Below, one piece after another: positions 1-10,096 of a DNA stretch of 64,000 nucleotides (its first letter is position 1; every line of letters begins with the position of its first letter). The notes below the pieces were generated by a model, which saw only the letters and a program-made list of their open reading frames with translations, ran no database searches and had not been told where the DNA came from. Origin of the DNA: an uncultured Candidatus Saccharibacteria bacterium (GTDB lineage: Bacteria; Patescibacteriota; Minisyncoccia; Phycocordibacterales; UBA9973); the NCBI GenBank assembly GCA_964473175.1, contig CAYYNN010000001.1, positions 408-64,407 of the forward strand, read 5' to 3'. The position numbers and the translations under genes are program-made.

Positions 1-1
1 T

Positions 2-286
2 CCGATATTGATGCGGAAGCTCGAGATTGAAAACAGCAAAGCCCTCAAGAAGGAGTATCAAGCCAAAGTGGAGGACTTCCGCCAGATTATTGATAGCGTG
101 GCGATTGACGTGGACTACACGGGCGACCTGTTCAATGCCGAGATTATGGACCTCCCGACAAAGCGTGAGCTCATCAAGGCTGATTATGCATGGGAGTATG
201 GCAAGAAAGGCAAATACACGGTGGCGGTCAAAATCATTGATGTGCTTGGGGAAGAATACTTTGAGACGTTTGAAGTAACCGTATAG
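2..286 (+). CDS. 5'-truncated CDS; probable C-terminal end of a type III R-M methyltransferase (Mod) subunit
   Basis: The ORF runs off the window start in frame and is followed 4 nt later by a type III Res gene (mod-res operon order). No diagnostic methyltransferase motif lies in the visible 92 aa, so the call rests on context only. Confidence 0.35.
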   Translation, partial: PILMRKLEIENSKALKKEYQAKVEDFRQIIDSVAIDVDYTGDLFNAEIMDLPTKRELIKADYAWEYGKKGKYTVAVKIIDVLGEEYFETFEVTV

Positions 287-290
287 CCCT

Positions 291-2834
291 ATGGAGAATA
301 CATTTCTTGAAAATATAAAAACAAAGGTTGCCGATTGGCGAGAGAATGGGTATCAGGGGGTGTTCAAGGAGAGTGTGAACATTTTGAACTACGTGAAGCG
401 TATCGGTTTTCTGCATGAACCGCAGATAGAAGCTCTTGAGACCTATGTCTATATTAAGGAGATTTTGGATAACAAACCGACCAGTGAGATTTTCAAAGAT
501 ACTTTCACAAAGAAGTCGGACCTACTTCGCTCACTTGGTGTGTCAGACCGACAGATTTCTGACATCATGGAAGCCGATACGCGGGACGAACAAATCTTCG
601 AAATCATTAAGGAAAAGTTTGGTGCTCAAGACTATGCGAACCAAGTCTATGCACTCACCATGGGCTCTGGGAAGACGATTTTGATGGCGACATTTCTTAT
701 CTATGACTTCGTGCTCTCATACTCTCATCCAGAGGATGTTCGCTTTGCCAAGAATGCCCTTGTGTTTGCTCCAGACACGACCATCATTGAGAGCTTGAAG
801 GAAATCAAGACGTTTGACTACTCAAAAGTCCTGCCAAAGGAGTACCAAAACATTTTACTCAACATCAAGTATCACTATTTGGAGAGTACGGAAACAGGTC
901 TTTCTCCGATTGGTAACTACAATGTCATTGTCTCAAACTCACAGAAGATAATACTCAAGACAAGAAATAGTGATACGGATGGTGGGGTAAAAAGATTGTT
1001 TGGTGACAAGAATGAGCTTGCCAAAAGAGAAGTGGAGAATGCCCGTCTCCGAGCAATCCGTGAACTCAATAATCTCGTCATATTCGTGGACGAAGCCCAT
1101 CACTCATACGGGGTCAATCTTGAAGGTGCTTTGAAGAAGACGCGCCAGACGATTGACTACTTGCACGGCAACACACCGCTCGTAGGGGTCGTAAACCTCA
1201 CAGGAACGCCGTATATCAACAATAGGATGATAGATGACGTTGTGTACCATTTCGGGCTCAAACAAGGCATAGAGAAAGGCATCTTGAAGCAGGTAAAAAT
1301 ACTGGATTTCGGAGAGGTCCGTTCAGAAGTTTTTATTGAAGAGGTTCTTGGCACATTCTGGTCCGAGTATGGAGAAAACCGCCTCGAAGGTCGCCTTCCC
1401 AAAATGGCGTTCTATGCTCCGAGTATTGATAATTTACGAACCGAACTCAAGCCGCGCATTGAGCGGGTGCTTGCTGAAATGAATATCCCGCTTGATAAGG
1501 TCCTTGAATATCATACTGAAGCCGAAGGCAACAAGGATGAGTTTCGGATGCTTGATACTATCGACAGCACCAAGCAGTTTGTTCTGCTTGTGGGTAAAGG
1601 CACGGAAGGATGGAACTGTCGCTCATTGGTTGCTTGTGCACTCTATCGCAAGCCATCAAGCTCAATCTTCGTGCTCCAAGCGTCCACACGCTGTATGCGG
1701 TCCATCGGTGACAATTCCACACGAGCCCATATATTCCTTTCAAAAGAGAACTACAAGGTCCTCGACAAAGAGCTCAAGAACAACTTTGCCTCAAGTATCC
1801 AAGACATCAACAATCAGGAGCAAGAGAGTTTTGAGTTTGAAATCAAGGTTGAAAAGAAAAAGACCATCACCGTCAAAAAGCTCACCCGAGAAATAGTCGC
1901 AACCCAAGCTAGAGATACGAACGACATCAAAATAGATATTAAGAAATACAAGCCTGAAAAGTACGAGCATTATCTCTTGGGCTCCGAACTCGTTATAGAC
2001 GGTTCTGGAAAAGCAATTCTGAAGCACGACACGCTTGACTCAAAGAAACTCATCGAAAACAACACGTATACGTACTATGAAATAGTAGAGCTTATCAATC
2101 GCTACACGCACTTGCCATGCATGACGGTGGACAGCTTATTGGAAAATATAGGAGTATCGAGGGCTATATTGGTAGATAAAGTGAATACGAGTGTGGGGTT
2201 CTTGTCATTTATCATTCAAACTGTTCTTGATACTGTTTATCAGTATACGGAGACGGAAACAACGACAGAGGAGCAGATAGAGCTCACCAAAGAATACCCA
2301 TTCAAAATGAGCCGAGAGGAGGGTAAAAAAGCACTTGTTATATTCAAAGAAAAAGAAGAGACAGATGGTGCGTCGAGTCGTATCGGTTTCCATATCAATC
2401 CATACAATTTCGACAGTAGCGATGAGCGGGACCTGTTCCGACAATTCCGCCAATTTCTGACAATTAACGAAACCATCAAGGATGTCTACTTCACTGGAGG
2501 TGTGACGACTGATGCTCATAATGACTTCTATGTTGAGTACTGGAACCCAACAGAACTCCGTATATCGAAATACTTTCCAGACTTCCTGATAGAAACGGAT
2601 AAAGGACGGTTCTTGGTAGTGGAAGTAAAGTCAGGGTCCGAAAAAACGGAATATGAAGCAAACAAGAAACGGTACGATGGGACCACTACATCACTCTTCA
2701 ATGAGGTATACGCCAAAGAGCTCGGTTTCCTTGATTTCCAAAAGATAAATAAGGATTTTGAGTACAAAGTCATCTTTGATGCCCATCTCCAAGAACGACA
2801 GCGAGAGCTTTTTGAAATGATAAAAACCTTATAG
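291..2834 (+). CDS. res: Type III restriction endonuclease Res subunit (SF2 helicase plus C-terminal PD-ExK nuclease)
   Basis: Walker A-like MGSGKT, DEAH box VFVDEAHH, and a C-terminal PD..EVK motif (YFPDFLIETDKGRFLVVEVK) typical of type III Res. 847 aa. Confidence 0.8.
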   Translation: MENTFLENIKTKVADWRENGYQGVFKESVNILNYVKRIGFLHEPQIEALETYVYIKEILDNKPTSEIFKDTFTKKSDLLRSLGVSDRQISDIMEADTRDEQIFEIIKEKFGAQDYANQVYALTMGSGKTILMATFLIYDFVLSYSHPEDVRFAKNALVFAPDTTIIESLKEIKTFDYSKVLPKEYQNILLNIKYHYLESTETGLSPIGNYNVIVSNSQKIILKTRNSDTDGGVKRLFGDKNELAKREVENARLRAIRELNNLVIFVDEAHHSYGVNLEGALKKTRQTIDYLHGNTPLVGVVNLTGTPYINNRMIDDVVYHFGLKQGIEKGILKQVKILDFGEVRSEVFIEEVLGTFWSEYGENRLEGRLPKMAFYAPSIDNLRTELKPRIERVLAEMNIPLDKVLEYHTEAEGNKDEFRMLDTIDSTKQFVLLVGKGTEGWNCRSLVACALYRKPSSSIFVLQASTRCMRSIGDNSTRAHIFLSKENYKVLDKELKNNFASSIQDINNQEQESFEFEIKVEKKKTITVKKLTREIVATQARDTNDIKIDIKKYKPEKYEHYLLGSELVIDGSGKAILKHDTLDSKKLIENNTYTYYEIVELINRYTHLPCMTVDSLLENIGVSRAILVDKVNTSVGFLSFIIQTVLDTVYQYTETETTTEEQIELTKEYPFKMSREEGKKALVIFKEKEETDGASSRIGFHINPYNFDSSDERDLFRQFRQFLTINETIKDVYFTGGVTTDAHNDFYVEYWNPTELRISKYFPDFLIETDKGRFLVVEVKSGSEKTEYEANKKRYDGTTTSLFNEVYAKELGFLDFQKINKDFEYKVIFDAHLQERQRELFEMIKTL

Positions 2835-2836
2835 CT

Positions 2837-3022
2837 ATGCACATATCAAATAAACACTTCTTGAAGTTCAAGGAACTAATGAAAGAAAAGGTTGGAGAGG
2901 AAGAATACAACAAGCTGACCGAGCAAGAGCTTCTTAATAGTGCAATAGCGTTAGTAACTCTGGTGAAAGCTGTTTATCAACCGATAAAAAAGGAAGATTA
3001 TGAAAAGTATAAACTGGACTGA
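2837..3022 (+). CDS. hypothetical small protein (61 aa) directly after res
   Basis: ORF only. It abuts the res stop. No recognisable motif. Confidence 0.3.
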   Translation: MHISNKHFLKFKELMKEKVGEEEYNKLTEQELLNSAIALVTLVKAVYQPIKKEDYEKYKLD

Positions 3023-3224
3023 AGATGAGCGAAGAAATATCGTCGGTGCGTTTCAGATACTGCTCGATGTGGACAGGCGTATCAATCCTCATTTGTATAA
3101 GAAAATAAAAATACCTCCGAAATCAATAAGAAATGTGCCTGATAAACGGAGCGATAACAGGCATCTATAATGTCGGAAAACTCCGAAATATAGTGATGGA
3201 CGGTGTGGGTAAAGTATTTGACTC

Positions 3225-3241
3225 ATACCCCTAGGGGGTAT
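3225..3241. promoter_or_regulatory. CsoR-type operator: GC-tract palindrome ATACCCCTAGGGGGTAT, 5 nt upstream of the csoR ATG
   Basis: Near-perfect inverted repeat of TACCCC/GGGGTA arms. It matches the known architecture of CsoR operators (ATACCC-N-GGGTAT) and lies in the csoR-copA promoter region. Confidence 0.6.
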
Positions 3242-3246
3242 ACACT

Positions 3247-3528
3247 ATGAATATGAAATACATGGATGAGAAAGGTAAGGCAAATATAATTCGTCGTTTG
3301 AAGCTTATTGAAGGGCAGGTGCGAGGATTACAGAAGCTCATTGAGAATGATACTTATTGTATAGATGTAATTACTCAAACTTCTGCCGTGAAGTCTAGTC
3401 TTTCGAGCGTCGAAGATGCTCTCCTTGAAAATCACCTAGGGCATTGTGTTCATCACCAAATGTCTAACGGTCAAGTTGAAAAGGCACAAGAGGAAGTCTT
3501 GAAAGTTTATAAACTAAAGAGAAAATAA
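3247..3528 (+). CDS. csoR: CsoR family copper-sensing transcriptional repressor (DUF156)
   Basis: [18 protein letters not shown]-terminal helix. C...H-x3-C signature (YCIDV ... HLGHCVHH) characteristic of Cu(I)-sensing CsoR rather than RcnR. Immediately upstream of copA. Confidence 0.8.
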   Translation: MNMKYMDEKGKANIIRRLKLIEGQVRGLQKLIENDTYCIDVITQTSAVKSSLSSVEDALLENHLGHCVHHQMSNGQVEKAQEEVLKVYKLKRK

Positions 3529-3529
3529 T

Positions 3530-5824
3530 ATGTCTACCTCAAACACATACAAAGTAAAAGGAATGCACTGTGCTTCATGTGCCAGCATTATTGAAAAGAC
3601 CTTCAAAAAGACAGATGGCGTACATTCTGTTGAAGTAAATTATGGAACAGAAACTGCTAAGGTTGCCTATGATGAGACAAAGACTAATCCGCACCATTTA
3701 TCTGAAAAAATAGAGAAGCTCGGCTATACCCTTGTGGTCCCAACAGCTGAAAGTATGGGAATGTCGGCAGATGAACATGCTGCACATCTTGGGATAAATC
3801 AATCAAAGAATGAAAAACTGAAAGAGGTTTCTGATATGAGAACGAAGGTCATATCTGTTATCCCACTCGCTATCTTTAGTATTTTTGTCATGGCATGGGA
3901 TATTCTTGCTCAATTTCACATTGTCGGAGGGATGTCGTACAACCTTAAAGAGTTCTTTCATCACCTCTTGCCAATATTCGCTACGTATACGCTGTTTGTC
4001 GTCGGTAAACCATACCTTATGGGATTTTATCGGTTTCTTCGCTATGGCAAGGCAAATATGGATACACTCATCGGTATTGGAACTTCAGTAGCATTTTTAT
4101 ACAGTTTCATAATTACTGCTTTTGAAGAACCGCTCCGTGCCTTTATCAATGTTGAGCATAGTTACTACGATGTAACCATAGTCGTCATTGCCTTTATCAC
4201 ACTCGGTAAATATCTCGAAGCTCGTTCAAAAATTAAAACAGGCGATGCTATTGAAAAACTCCTCAACCTCCAAGCTAAAACAGCTCTTGTTGTTCGAGAT
4301 GGAAAAGAAGTAGAAATACCAATCGACCAAGTGAAGCATGGCGATTTGATTATAGTAAAACCTGCAGGCAAGATACCTGTAGACGGAACACTAACCGAAG
4401 GAAGTTCCTTTGTTGATGAAGCAATGATAACAGGAGAGCCAATACCTGTTGAGAAACAAGTTGGAGATACCGTCATAGCGGGCACAATAAATACTTCAGG
4501 GTCGTTCACCTTCAAGGCGACGAAAGTAGGTTCGGAAACGATGCTTGCTCACATAGTGAAAATGGTTGAAGAAGCACAAGGAAGCAAGGCACCTATTCAA
4601 GCACTTGCCGATAAAATATCAGCAGTATTTGTGCCAATTGTGCTCGTGTTATCTTTTGTTTCTCTTGGACTCTGGCTTCTCGTAGGTACGCACTATCTTG
4701 GTTTCTCACAAGCTCTGTCGTACGGACTTGTCTCCTTTGTCGGTATCTTAGTTATTGCATGTCCTTGTGCTCTCGGTCTCGCTACGCCTACGGCTATCAT
4801 TGTTGGTGTTGGAAAGGGTGCTAGAGAAGGAATACTGATAAAAGACGCTGGAACACTTGAGAAGCTCCACAAAGTGAATGTCGTCGTCGTTGATAAAACG
4901 GGAACCATTACGAAAGGAAAACCTGAGCTTGTTTCCATTAAGAATTATTCGAGGATACAAGACCATGAGCTGATTTCGATACTTGCAACACTTGAAAACA
5001 AATCTGAACACCCCATTGCTCATGCCATTGTCTCGTATGCTACAGAGAAGAACATTACTCTTTCAGAGATAGCCAATTTTGAAGCGTTGAAAGGAAAGGG
5101 GTTGAAAGGGTTGATAAGCGGTACTGAATACTTTGCAGGAAATATAAAAATCATTGAAGACCTCAACCTGTCTTTTGATAGGCACTTGCTAGACATAGGG
5201 ACACTGGAAGGAAAAACACCAATTATCCTTGCGACAAAAAATGCTGTGCTAGGTATTGTCATGGTTGCAGATGCAATCAAACCTGAAGCAAAAGATGCGA
5301 TAACGAAGCTCCACTCACTTGGTATCAAAACCGTTATGCTCACAGGCGATAATCAAAACACAGCAAACTATATCGCAAAACAAGTAGGGATTGATGAGGT
5401 AGTAGCAGAAGTGCTGCCAGAAGATAAGCTCAATAAAATTAAACAGCTTCAATCAGAGGGTTACATTGTAGCCATGACAGGAGATGGTGTAAATGATGCT
5501 CCTGCACTTGCCCAAGCAGACGTTGGCATAGCAATGGCAACAGGGACGGATGTAGCGATTGAAAGTGCGGGTATTACACTTCTTCATGGTGATATTTCAA
5601 AACTTGTAAAAGCGATACGTCTTTCAAAAATTACTATGAGAGGTATTAAACAAAACCTATTCTGGGCGTTTTTCTACAACGTCATCGGTATTCCCTTGGC
5701 AGGAGGGTTGTTCTACCCATTCTTTGGGTGGCTACTGAACCCCATCTTTGCGGGGTTAGCAATGGCATTCTCAAGCGTATCAGTAGTCGGAAACTCACTT
5801 CGGCTAAAGACAAAGAAATTATAA
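3530..5824 (+). CDS. copA: Copper-translocating P1B-type ATPase
   Basis: N-terminal HMA domain with GMHCASC, CPC motif ([11 protein letters not shown]), DKTGTIT phosphorylation site, and [10 protein letters not shown] hinge. 764 aa. Confidence 0.95.
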   Translation: MSTSNTYKVKGMHCASCASIIEKTFKKTDGVHSVEVNYGTETAKVAYDETKTNPHHLSEKIEKLGYTLVVPTAESMGMSADEHAAHLGINQSKNEKLKEVSDMRTKVISVIPLAIFSIFVMAWDILAQFHIVGGMSYNLKEFFHHLLPIFATYTLFVVGKPYLMGFYRFLRYGKANMDTLIGIGTSVAFLYSFIITAFEEPLRAFINVEHSYYDVTIVVIAFITLGKYLEARSKIKTGDAIEKLLNLQAKTALVVRDGKEVEIPIDQVKHGDLIIVKPAGKIPVDGTLTEGSSFVDEAMITGEPIPVEKQVGDTVIAGTINTSGSFTFKATKVGSETMLAHIVKMVEEAQGSKAPIQALADKISAVFVPIVLVLSFVSLGLWLLVGTHYLGFSQALSYGLVSFVGILVIACPCALGLATPTAIIVGVGKGAREGILIKDAGTLEKLHKVNVVVVDKTGTITKGKPELVSIKNYSRIQDHELISILATLENKSEHPIAHAIVSYATEKNITLSEIANFEALKGKGLKGLISGTEYFAGNIKIIEDLNLSFDRHLLDIGTLEGKTPIILATKNAVLGIVMVADAIKPEAKDAITKLHSLGIKTVMLTGDNQNTANYIAKQVGIDEVVAEVLPEDKLNKIKQLQSEGYIVAMTGDGVNDAPALAQADVGIAMATGTDVAIESAGITLLHGDISKLVKAIRLSKITMRGIKQNLFWAFFYNVIGIPLAGGLFYPFFGWLLNPIFAGLAMAFSSVSVVGNSLRLKTKKL

Positions 5825-5840
5825 TTTAATAAAAAATATT

Positions 5841-6485
5841 ATGAACAACAATCAAAATAACAAAATATTATATGGTATCGGCGGAATTGTGATAGGTCTC
5901 ATTCTTGCTGCAGTGTTTTACCCAATGATGGGGTATGGGAGGTACGGAATGATGAATTGGCGAAATAACTCGGTGTCGAATCAGAGAGTAAATGGAACTA
6001 CTCAAATTGCAAAAACTATTGATAAGCACTTCATTGAACAGATGGTTCCTCACCACGAGGGAGCAATCGCTATGTCCAAACTTGCACTCCAAAAAGCAAA
6101 GCACCCTGAGATTAAAACTTTGGCTACAGCAATCATTGCAGCTCAGACGACAGAAATTCAAAGTATGAATGGCTGGTATCAGGATTGGTTTGGTACCACT
6201 GTTCCAAAAGTAAGTACGGGAATGATGGGCGGAGGCATGATGTCTCAAAGCGGCATGCATATGGGTGGGCAGGAAGATATGACGGCATTAGAAAATGCGG
6301 CTGACTTCGACAAGGCATTCATCGAAGAAATGATACCGCACCACCAGTTGGCAATTATGATGGCGAACATGCTTCAATCAGGCACCAATCGTCCTGAAAT
6401 GCAGCAGCTCGCAAAAAATATAATCACTTCACAGTCAAAAGAAATTCAGCAGATGCAGACTTGGTATACGCAATGGTATAAGTAA
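5841..6485 (+). CDS. DUF305 family protein (metal-resistance associated), membrane anchored
   Basis: Two tandem DUF305 repeats, each with the PHHxxAIxM motif (MVPHHEGAIAM and MIPHHQLAIMM), plus an N-terminal TM helix. In operon context with copA. Confidence 0.75.
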   Translation: MNNNQNNKILYGIGGIVIGLILAAVFYPMMGYGRYGMMNWRNNSVSNQRVNGTTQIAKTIDKHFIEQMVPHHEGAIAMSKLALQKAKHPEIKTLATAIIAAQTTEIQSMNGWYQDWFGTTVPKVSTGMMGGGMMSQSGMHMGGQEDMTALENAADFDKAFIEEMIPHHQLAIMMANMLQSGTNRPEMQQLAKNIITSQSKEIQQMQTWYTQWYK

Positions 6486-6598
6486 CCTTATAAAAATTAA
6501 TCAATAAAAAATATGAAAAAATCATCACTAATGCACAAAGTTTCAATAGTTACTGCAATTTATCGTCGACAGCTAGAGAGCGAAACTCAAAAATAATT

Positions 6599-7234
6599 AT
6601 GAATACTCGGCATCATAAATTAACTTCAGGTAAATTATGGACTATCGGGGTAATAGTAGTTCTTGTAGGTTTGTCTTTATGGGCTTACCACCATTCTCGA
6701 AGACCCGTAGTACTACTCTCTAATCCTGAGGTATTAGCTGGTATGCAAAAGGGGCAAGCTCCATGGATTGCTGAAACTGATAACCTACGAGCCCGCCTCA
6801 GCGCAATTCACTTACCAGCCCTTACAGCAGAAGGTGCCGCACTTCATACTCACCAACACCTAGATATTTTTATTGACGGAAAATCAATTCCTATACCATC
6901 AGGAATTGGTACTAATCCATCAAAGGGTTTCATTTCTGACATTCATACCCACGATACTTCAGGAGTAATCCATGTTGAGTCACCTCGCGTTCAAATATTC
7001 ACACTAGGTCAGTTCTTCGATATTTGGGGTGTACAATTCACTGCTCAATCCATTGGAGGATATACAACACATGGCGATAAAAAACTTAAGGTATATGTGA
7101 ATGGAGTATTGTATCAAGGCAATCCTCGTGAGCTAGCACTGGAAACACACCAAGAAATCGTAGTTACTTATGGCACAGATTTAGAAGTGCCAAATCCTAT
7201 ACCAACAACTTATCAGTTTACTAAGGGCTTATAG
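6599..7234 (+). CDS. hypothetical membrane-anchored protein with His-rich motifs (HTHQH, HTHD), in the copper operon
   Basis: N-terminal TM helix and several His clusters. No family recognised. Confidence 0.45.
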   Translation: MNTRHHKLTSGKLWTIGVIVVLVGLSLWAYHHSRRPVVLLSNPEVLAGMQKGQAPWIAETDNLRARLSAIHLPALTAEGAALHTHQHLDIFIDGKSIPIPSGIGTNPSKGFISDIHTHDTSGVIHVESPRVQIFTLGQFFDIWGVQFTAQSIGGYTTHGDKKLKVYVNGVLYQGNPRELALETHQEIVVTYGTDLEVPNPIPTTYQFTKGL

Positions 7235-7241
7235 TTATTCT

Positions 7242-8276
7242 ATGAACAATCCAGAAACAAAAACACATACATTTCACATTCATGGTATGCACTGCAAAGC
7301 ATGTGTCTTTCTAACTGAAAGTGAATTGATGGATTTACCACATGTTACATCAGCGAAATCAAACCTTGCCACACATACTGTGGTTTTGACAGGTAATTTC
7401 GGTAGCCAGACGGAAGAAGAAATAGCCGCAGAGCTTACGGGGCTACTTGAAAAACACGGCTATACCGTTTCTACCGAAAAAAAAACTAAAAAAATAAACT
7501 GGTCTGATTTCAAAATTGCAGTGCCAATAGCCCTTGCCTTTGCAATACTCTTTGTTGTTTTGCAAAAGATTGGATTGGTAAATCTGGTGAATGCATCTAA
7601 GGTGAATTACGGTACAGCGTTTGTTATCGGCATCATTGCTTCTCTCTCAACCTGTATGGCAGTTGTAGGGGGTCTATTGCTCTCGATGTCAGCAACATTT
7701 GCAAAGGAAGGAGATAAGGTAAAACCACAACTGTTATTTCATGGAGGTCGTATCATATCGTTCTTTGTCCTCGGAGGTGTTATAGGAACAATCGGTTCAG
7801 CATTTACGCTCAATACTTCTGCAACCTTCATCCTCGGTCTCGTTATTGGATTGGTAATGCTTGTATTAGGTATTAACCTTTTGGATGTCTTTCCGTGGGC
7901 AAAGCGTCTTCAACCTTCTATGCCGAAGTTTGTTTCAAGGCGTGTGCACAGGGCGACCAAGCTCAACCACACCCTTACACCCCTTGTAGTAGGTGTGGTT
8001 ACATTCTTCTTACCCTGTGGCTTCACACAGTCCATGCAAATATATACCCTCTCTACTGGGTCGTTTCTCAAAGGAGGGCTTACAATGTTCGCATTCGCCC
8101 TTGGAACGCTTCCTGTGCTTGCTCTCATAAGTTTCAGCTCATTCAGTATTCATAAAAGCTCAAAGGCGGGCATCTTCTTCAAAACAGCGGGACTTATTGT
8201 CATTCTGTTCGCAATCTTCAACCTCCTCAACAGTCTGGTAGTCATCGGAGTTCTACCGCCATTATTCAATTTTTAG
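7242..8276 (+). CDS. Heavy-metal-associated (HMA) domain fused to a DsbD_2/CcdA-like polytopic membrane protein
   Basis: N-terminal GMHCKAC HMA motif. At least six TM helices with intramembrane cysteines (LSTCMAV, FFLPCGFTQ), like CcdA/DsbD-type thiol-disulfide transporters. Confidence 0.65.
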   Translation: MNNPETKTHTFHIHGMHCKACVFLTESELMDLPHVTSAKSNLATHTVVLTGNFGSQTEEEIAAELTGLLEKHGYTVSTEKKTKKINWSDFKIAVPIALAFAILFVVLQKIGLVNLVNASKVNYGTAFVIGIIASLSTCMAVVGGLLLSMSATFAKEGDKVKPQLLFHGGRIISFFVLGGVIGTIGSAFTLNTSATFILGLVIGLVMLVLGINLLDVFPWAKRLQPSMPKFVSRRVHRATKLNHTLTPLVVGVVTFFLPCGFTQSMQIYTLSTGSFLKGGLTMFAFALGTLPVLALISFSSFSIHKSSKAGIFFKTAGLIVILFAIFNLLNSLVVIGVLPPLFNF

Positions 8277-8288
8277 TATAATCACCAT

Positions 8289-8678
8289 ATGAACAAAACA
8301 GCACTCGCAATCGTTATAGGAGCAGTCATCATCGGAGGTGCTTTTTTCCTCATCAAACCATCAGCACCAAAAGTAGCTGATGCTCCTGCAAATAACGTAT
8401 CTATGGTAGATGGAAAGCAAATCATCGAAATAAGTGCTAAAGGTGGCTATCAACCACGCAAAAGTATTGCGAAAGCAGGTATTCCAACGATAATCCGTTT
8501 TGATACGAAAGGCACTTTTGACTGCTCGTCTTCGGTACGTATTCCAAGTATGAACATCAGCCAAGTGCTCCCACAGACAGGCAGTACCGATATAGATATT
8601 GGTACACAAAAAGTGGCAATTCTCCAAGGAACTTGTGGGATGGGTATGTATCCGTTTGAAGTAGATTTTCAGAGCTAG
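8289..8678 (+). CDS. small exported protein with Cys/Met cluster (FDC...GTCGMGM), possible Cu(I)-binding protein
   Basis: Signal or anchor helix. Contains no His, but has C79, C113, M115 and M117 in a beta-rich context. It is the last gene of the copper operon. Confidence 0.4.
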   Translation: MNKTALAIVIGAVIIGGAFFLIKPSAPKVADAPANNVSMVDGKQIIEISAKGGYQPRKSIAKAGIPTIIRFDTKGTFDCSSSVRIPSMNISQVLPQTGSTDIDIGTQKVAILQGTCGMGMYPFEVDFQS

Positions 8679-8804
8679 CTACCCATTGATTTTATCAGCG
8701 TTATACTCACGCATTACGTGGACGAGATAGTCACACTCAATCGCAAACCTGTTCCAGAAACCAACTCCCAAGTCCACACTTTTTAATGGTATACTTTCTT
8801 TATT

Positions 8805-9107
8805 ATGAAAGCATTATTTTCACTGATATTCGTAGGTCTCATCGTGTGTGCGTGGTCTCCATGGTTAAAACCAGAAGATGCAAAACAACTCATCTATAAC
8901 AAAGTCTATGAAAGCCAGAGTACGCTGCAGACAGGATGCAATCTCAGTATTGTTGAAGGGAGCTTTGAGAAGGTGCCATTTGGATACAGAGAAACAGTGA
9001 GTTATAACTGTACGTTTGTGACTGATTTTATTACAGAAGGGAAGAATAACGTGTTCCTAACCTTCTTTAAGGAAGTCCTCAACGTCCCACATCCGATCAT
9101 CAAATAG
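8805..9107 (+). CDS. hypothetical small secreted protein (100 aa)
   Basis: N-terminal hydrophobic signal-like segment. No motif. Confidence 0.35.
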   Translation: MKALFSLIFVGLIVCAWSPWLKPEDAKQLIYNKVYESQSTLQTGCNLSIVEGSFEKVPFGYRETVSYNCTFVTDFITEGKNNVFLTFFKEVLNVPHPIIK

Positions 9108-9188
9108 AACGGTAGCAAAGGTATTGACACAATAAAATAATATGATATTATAGAGGAAAATCATTTCTTTACTAAAAACCTCTATAAA

Positions 9189-10022
9189 ATGAAAAAAATC
9201 AACACAGTACTCGTAGCCATCGTAGTGATGGTGAGTATAACTTTGAGTGCCAGTGCGTACTCAGTAGGTGTCTGTCAAAGTGGTTGGTGTATTACCACAA
9301 CAGAAACAGTCACCCTTACTGCAACCGCATATGGCTACATACACCCGATGCATCAATGGCAATACAAAGATGACAACGGTGTGTGGCAACCTATCAATGG
9401 AGCAACCTTTGATCAATACCTGGTCTATGAACCCGGGACATATCGCGACCGAGTGCATGAAGCATCTGGCGGATATTGGTCTCACTCAGATCCTATATGT
9501 ATCGTTGAGTGTACTATCGTGCCACTGAACAACAACGTTGTGTTCAGAGGATCTGTCACACGAGCAGGTGCGGTGTTTGTGTACAATACAAGTATTGCAA
9601 GCAGGCTGTTTTTGGAATCATCATTTGATGGCAATACATTTTCTCAGGTATCTGAAGTGTACGGTACTACATACACTGATAGTACATTCTCCGGCAAGCG
9701 ACTGTATCGGCTGCGCGTTGTGGCATTGTCAGGCGCACACGTTGAAGAAATAACACACTCAAGAGTGGTTGTATTGGAACAGAAAAAAGAAACGACTATT
9801 TGTTTCTACCCTAACCCAACACAGGATCTGTTGTATGTACATGGGCTCAATGAAAATACAACAATCCGACTGTTCGCTATGAATGGACAGCAAGTACTTG
9901 TCTATCATGCGATTGGTAATGCGGCGCTTCCCATGAAGCAGTTGCCTGCGGGTGCATATGTATGTAAGATAATGACAGAGCGTGGAGATTTGGTATCAAG
10001 TAGTGTTATTATAAAAAAATAG
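9189..10022 (+). CDS. secreted protein with C-terminal T9SS (Por secretion) type A sorting domain
   Basis: Signal peptide. The C-terminal ~75 aa match the secretion_C consensus (YPNPTQDLLYV...IRLFAMNGQQV...LPAGAYVCKI...VIIKK). Confidence 0.65.
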   Translation: MKKINTVLVAIVVMVSITLSASAYSVGVCQSGWCITTTETVTLTATAYGYIHPMHQWQYKDDNGVWQPINGATFDQYLVYEPGTYRDRVHEASGGYWSHSDPICIVECTIVPLNNNVVFRGSVTRAGAVFVYNTSIASRLFLESSFDGNTFSQVSEVYGTTYTDSTFSGKRLYRLRVVALSGAHVEEITHSRVVVLEQKKETTICFYPNPTQDLLYVHGLNENTTIRLFAMNGQQVLVYHAIGNAALPMKQLPAGAYVCKIMTERGDLVSSSVIIKK

Positions 10023-10047
10023 TTTTAAGGGGTGGTTTTAAGTACAA

Positions 10048-10080
10048 GCCTGGTATCTTCGGATATCGGGCTTTTTTATT
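10048..10080 (+). terminator. rho-independent terminator (10-bp stem, UUCG tetraloop, T6)
   Basis: gcctggtatc-ttcg-gatatcgggc followed by tttttt. Confidence 0.6.
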
Positions 10081-10096
10081 TGATATACTAAGATGT

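Noticed and set aside
3885-5343. Multiple antisense and out-of-frame ORFs inside copA, and similar shadow ORFs inside res, the PBPs, the 1291-aa protein and others
   Set aside because: They are fully embedded in long genes with strong motif support, lack RBSs, and have atypical composition. They are treated as frame shadows.
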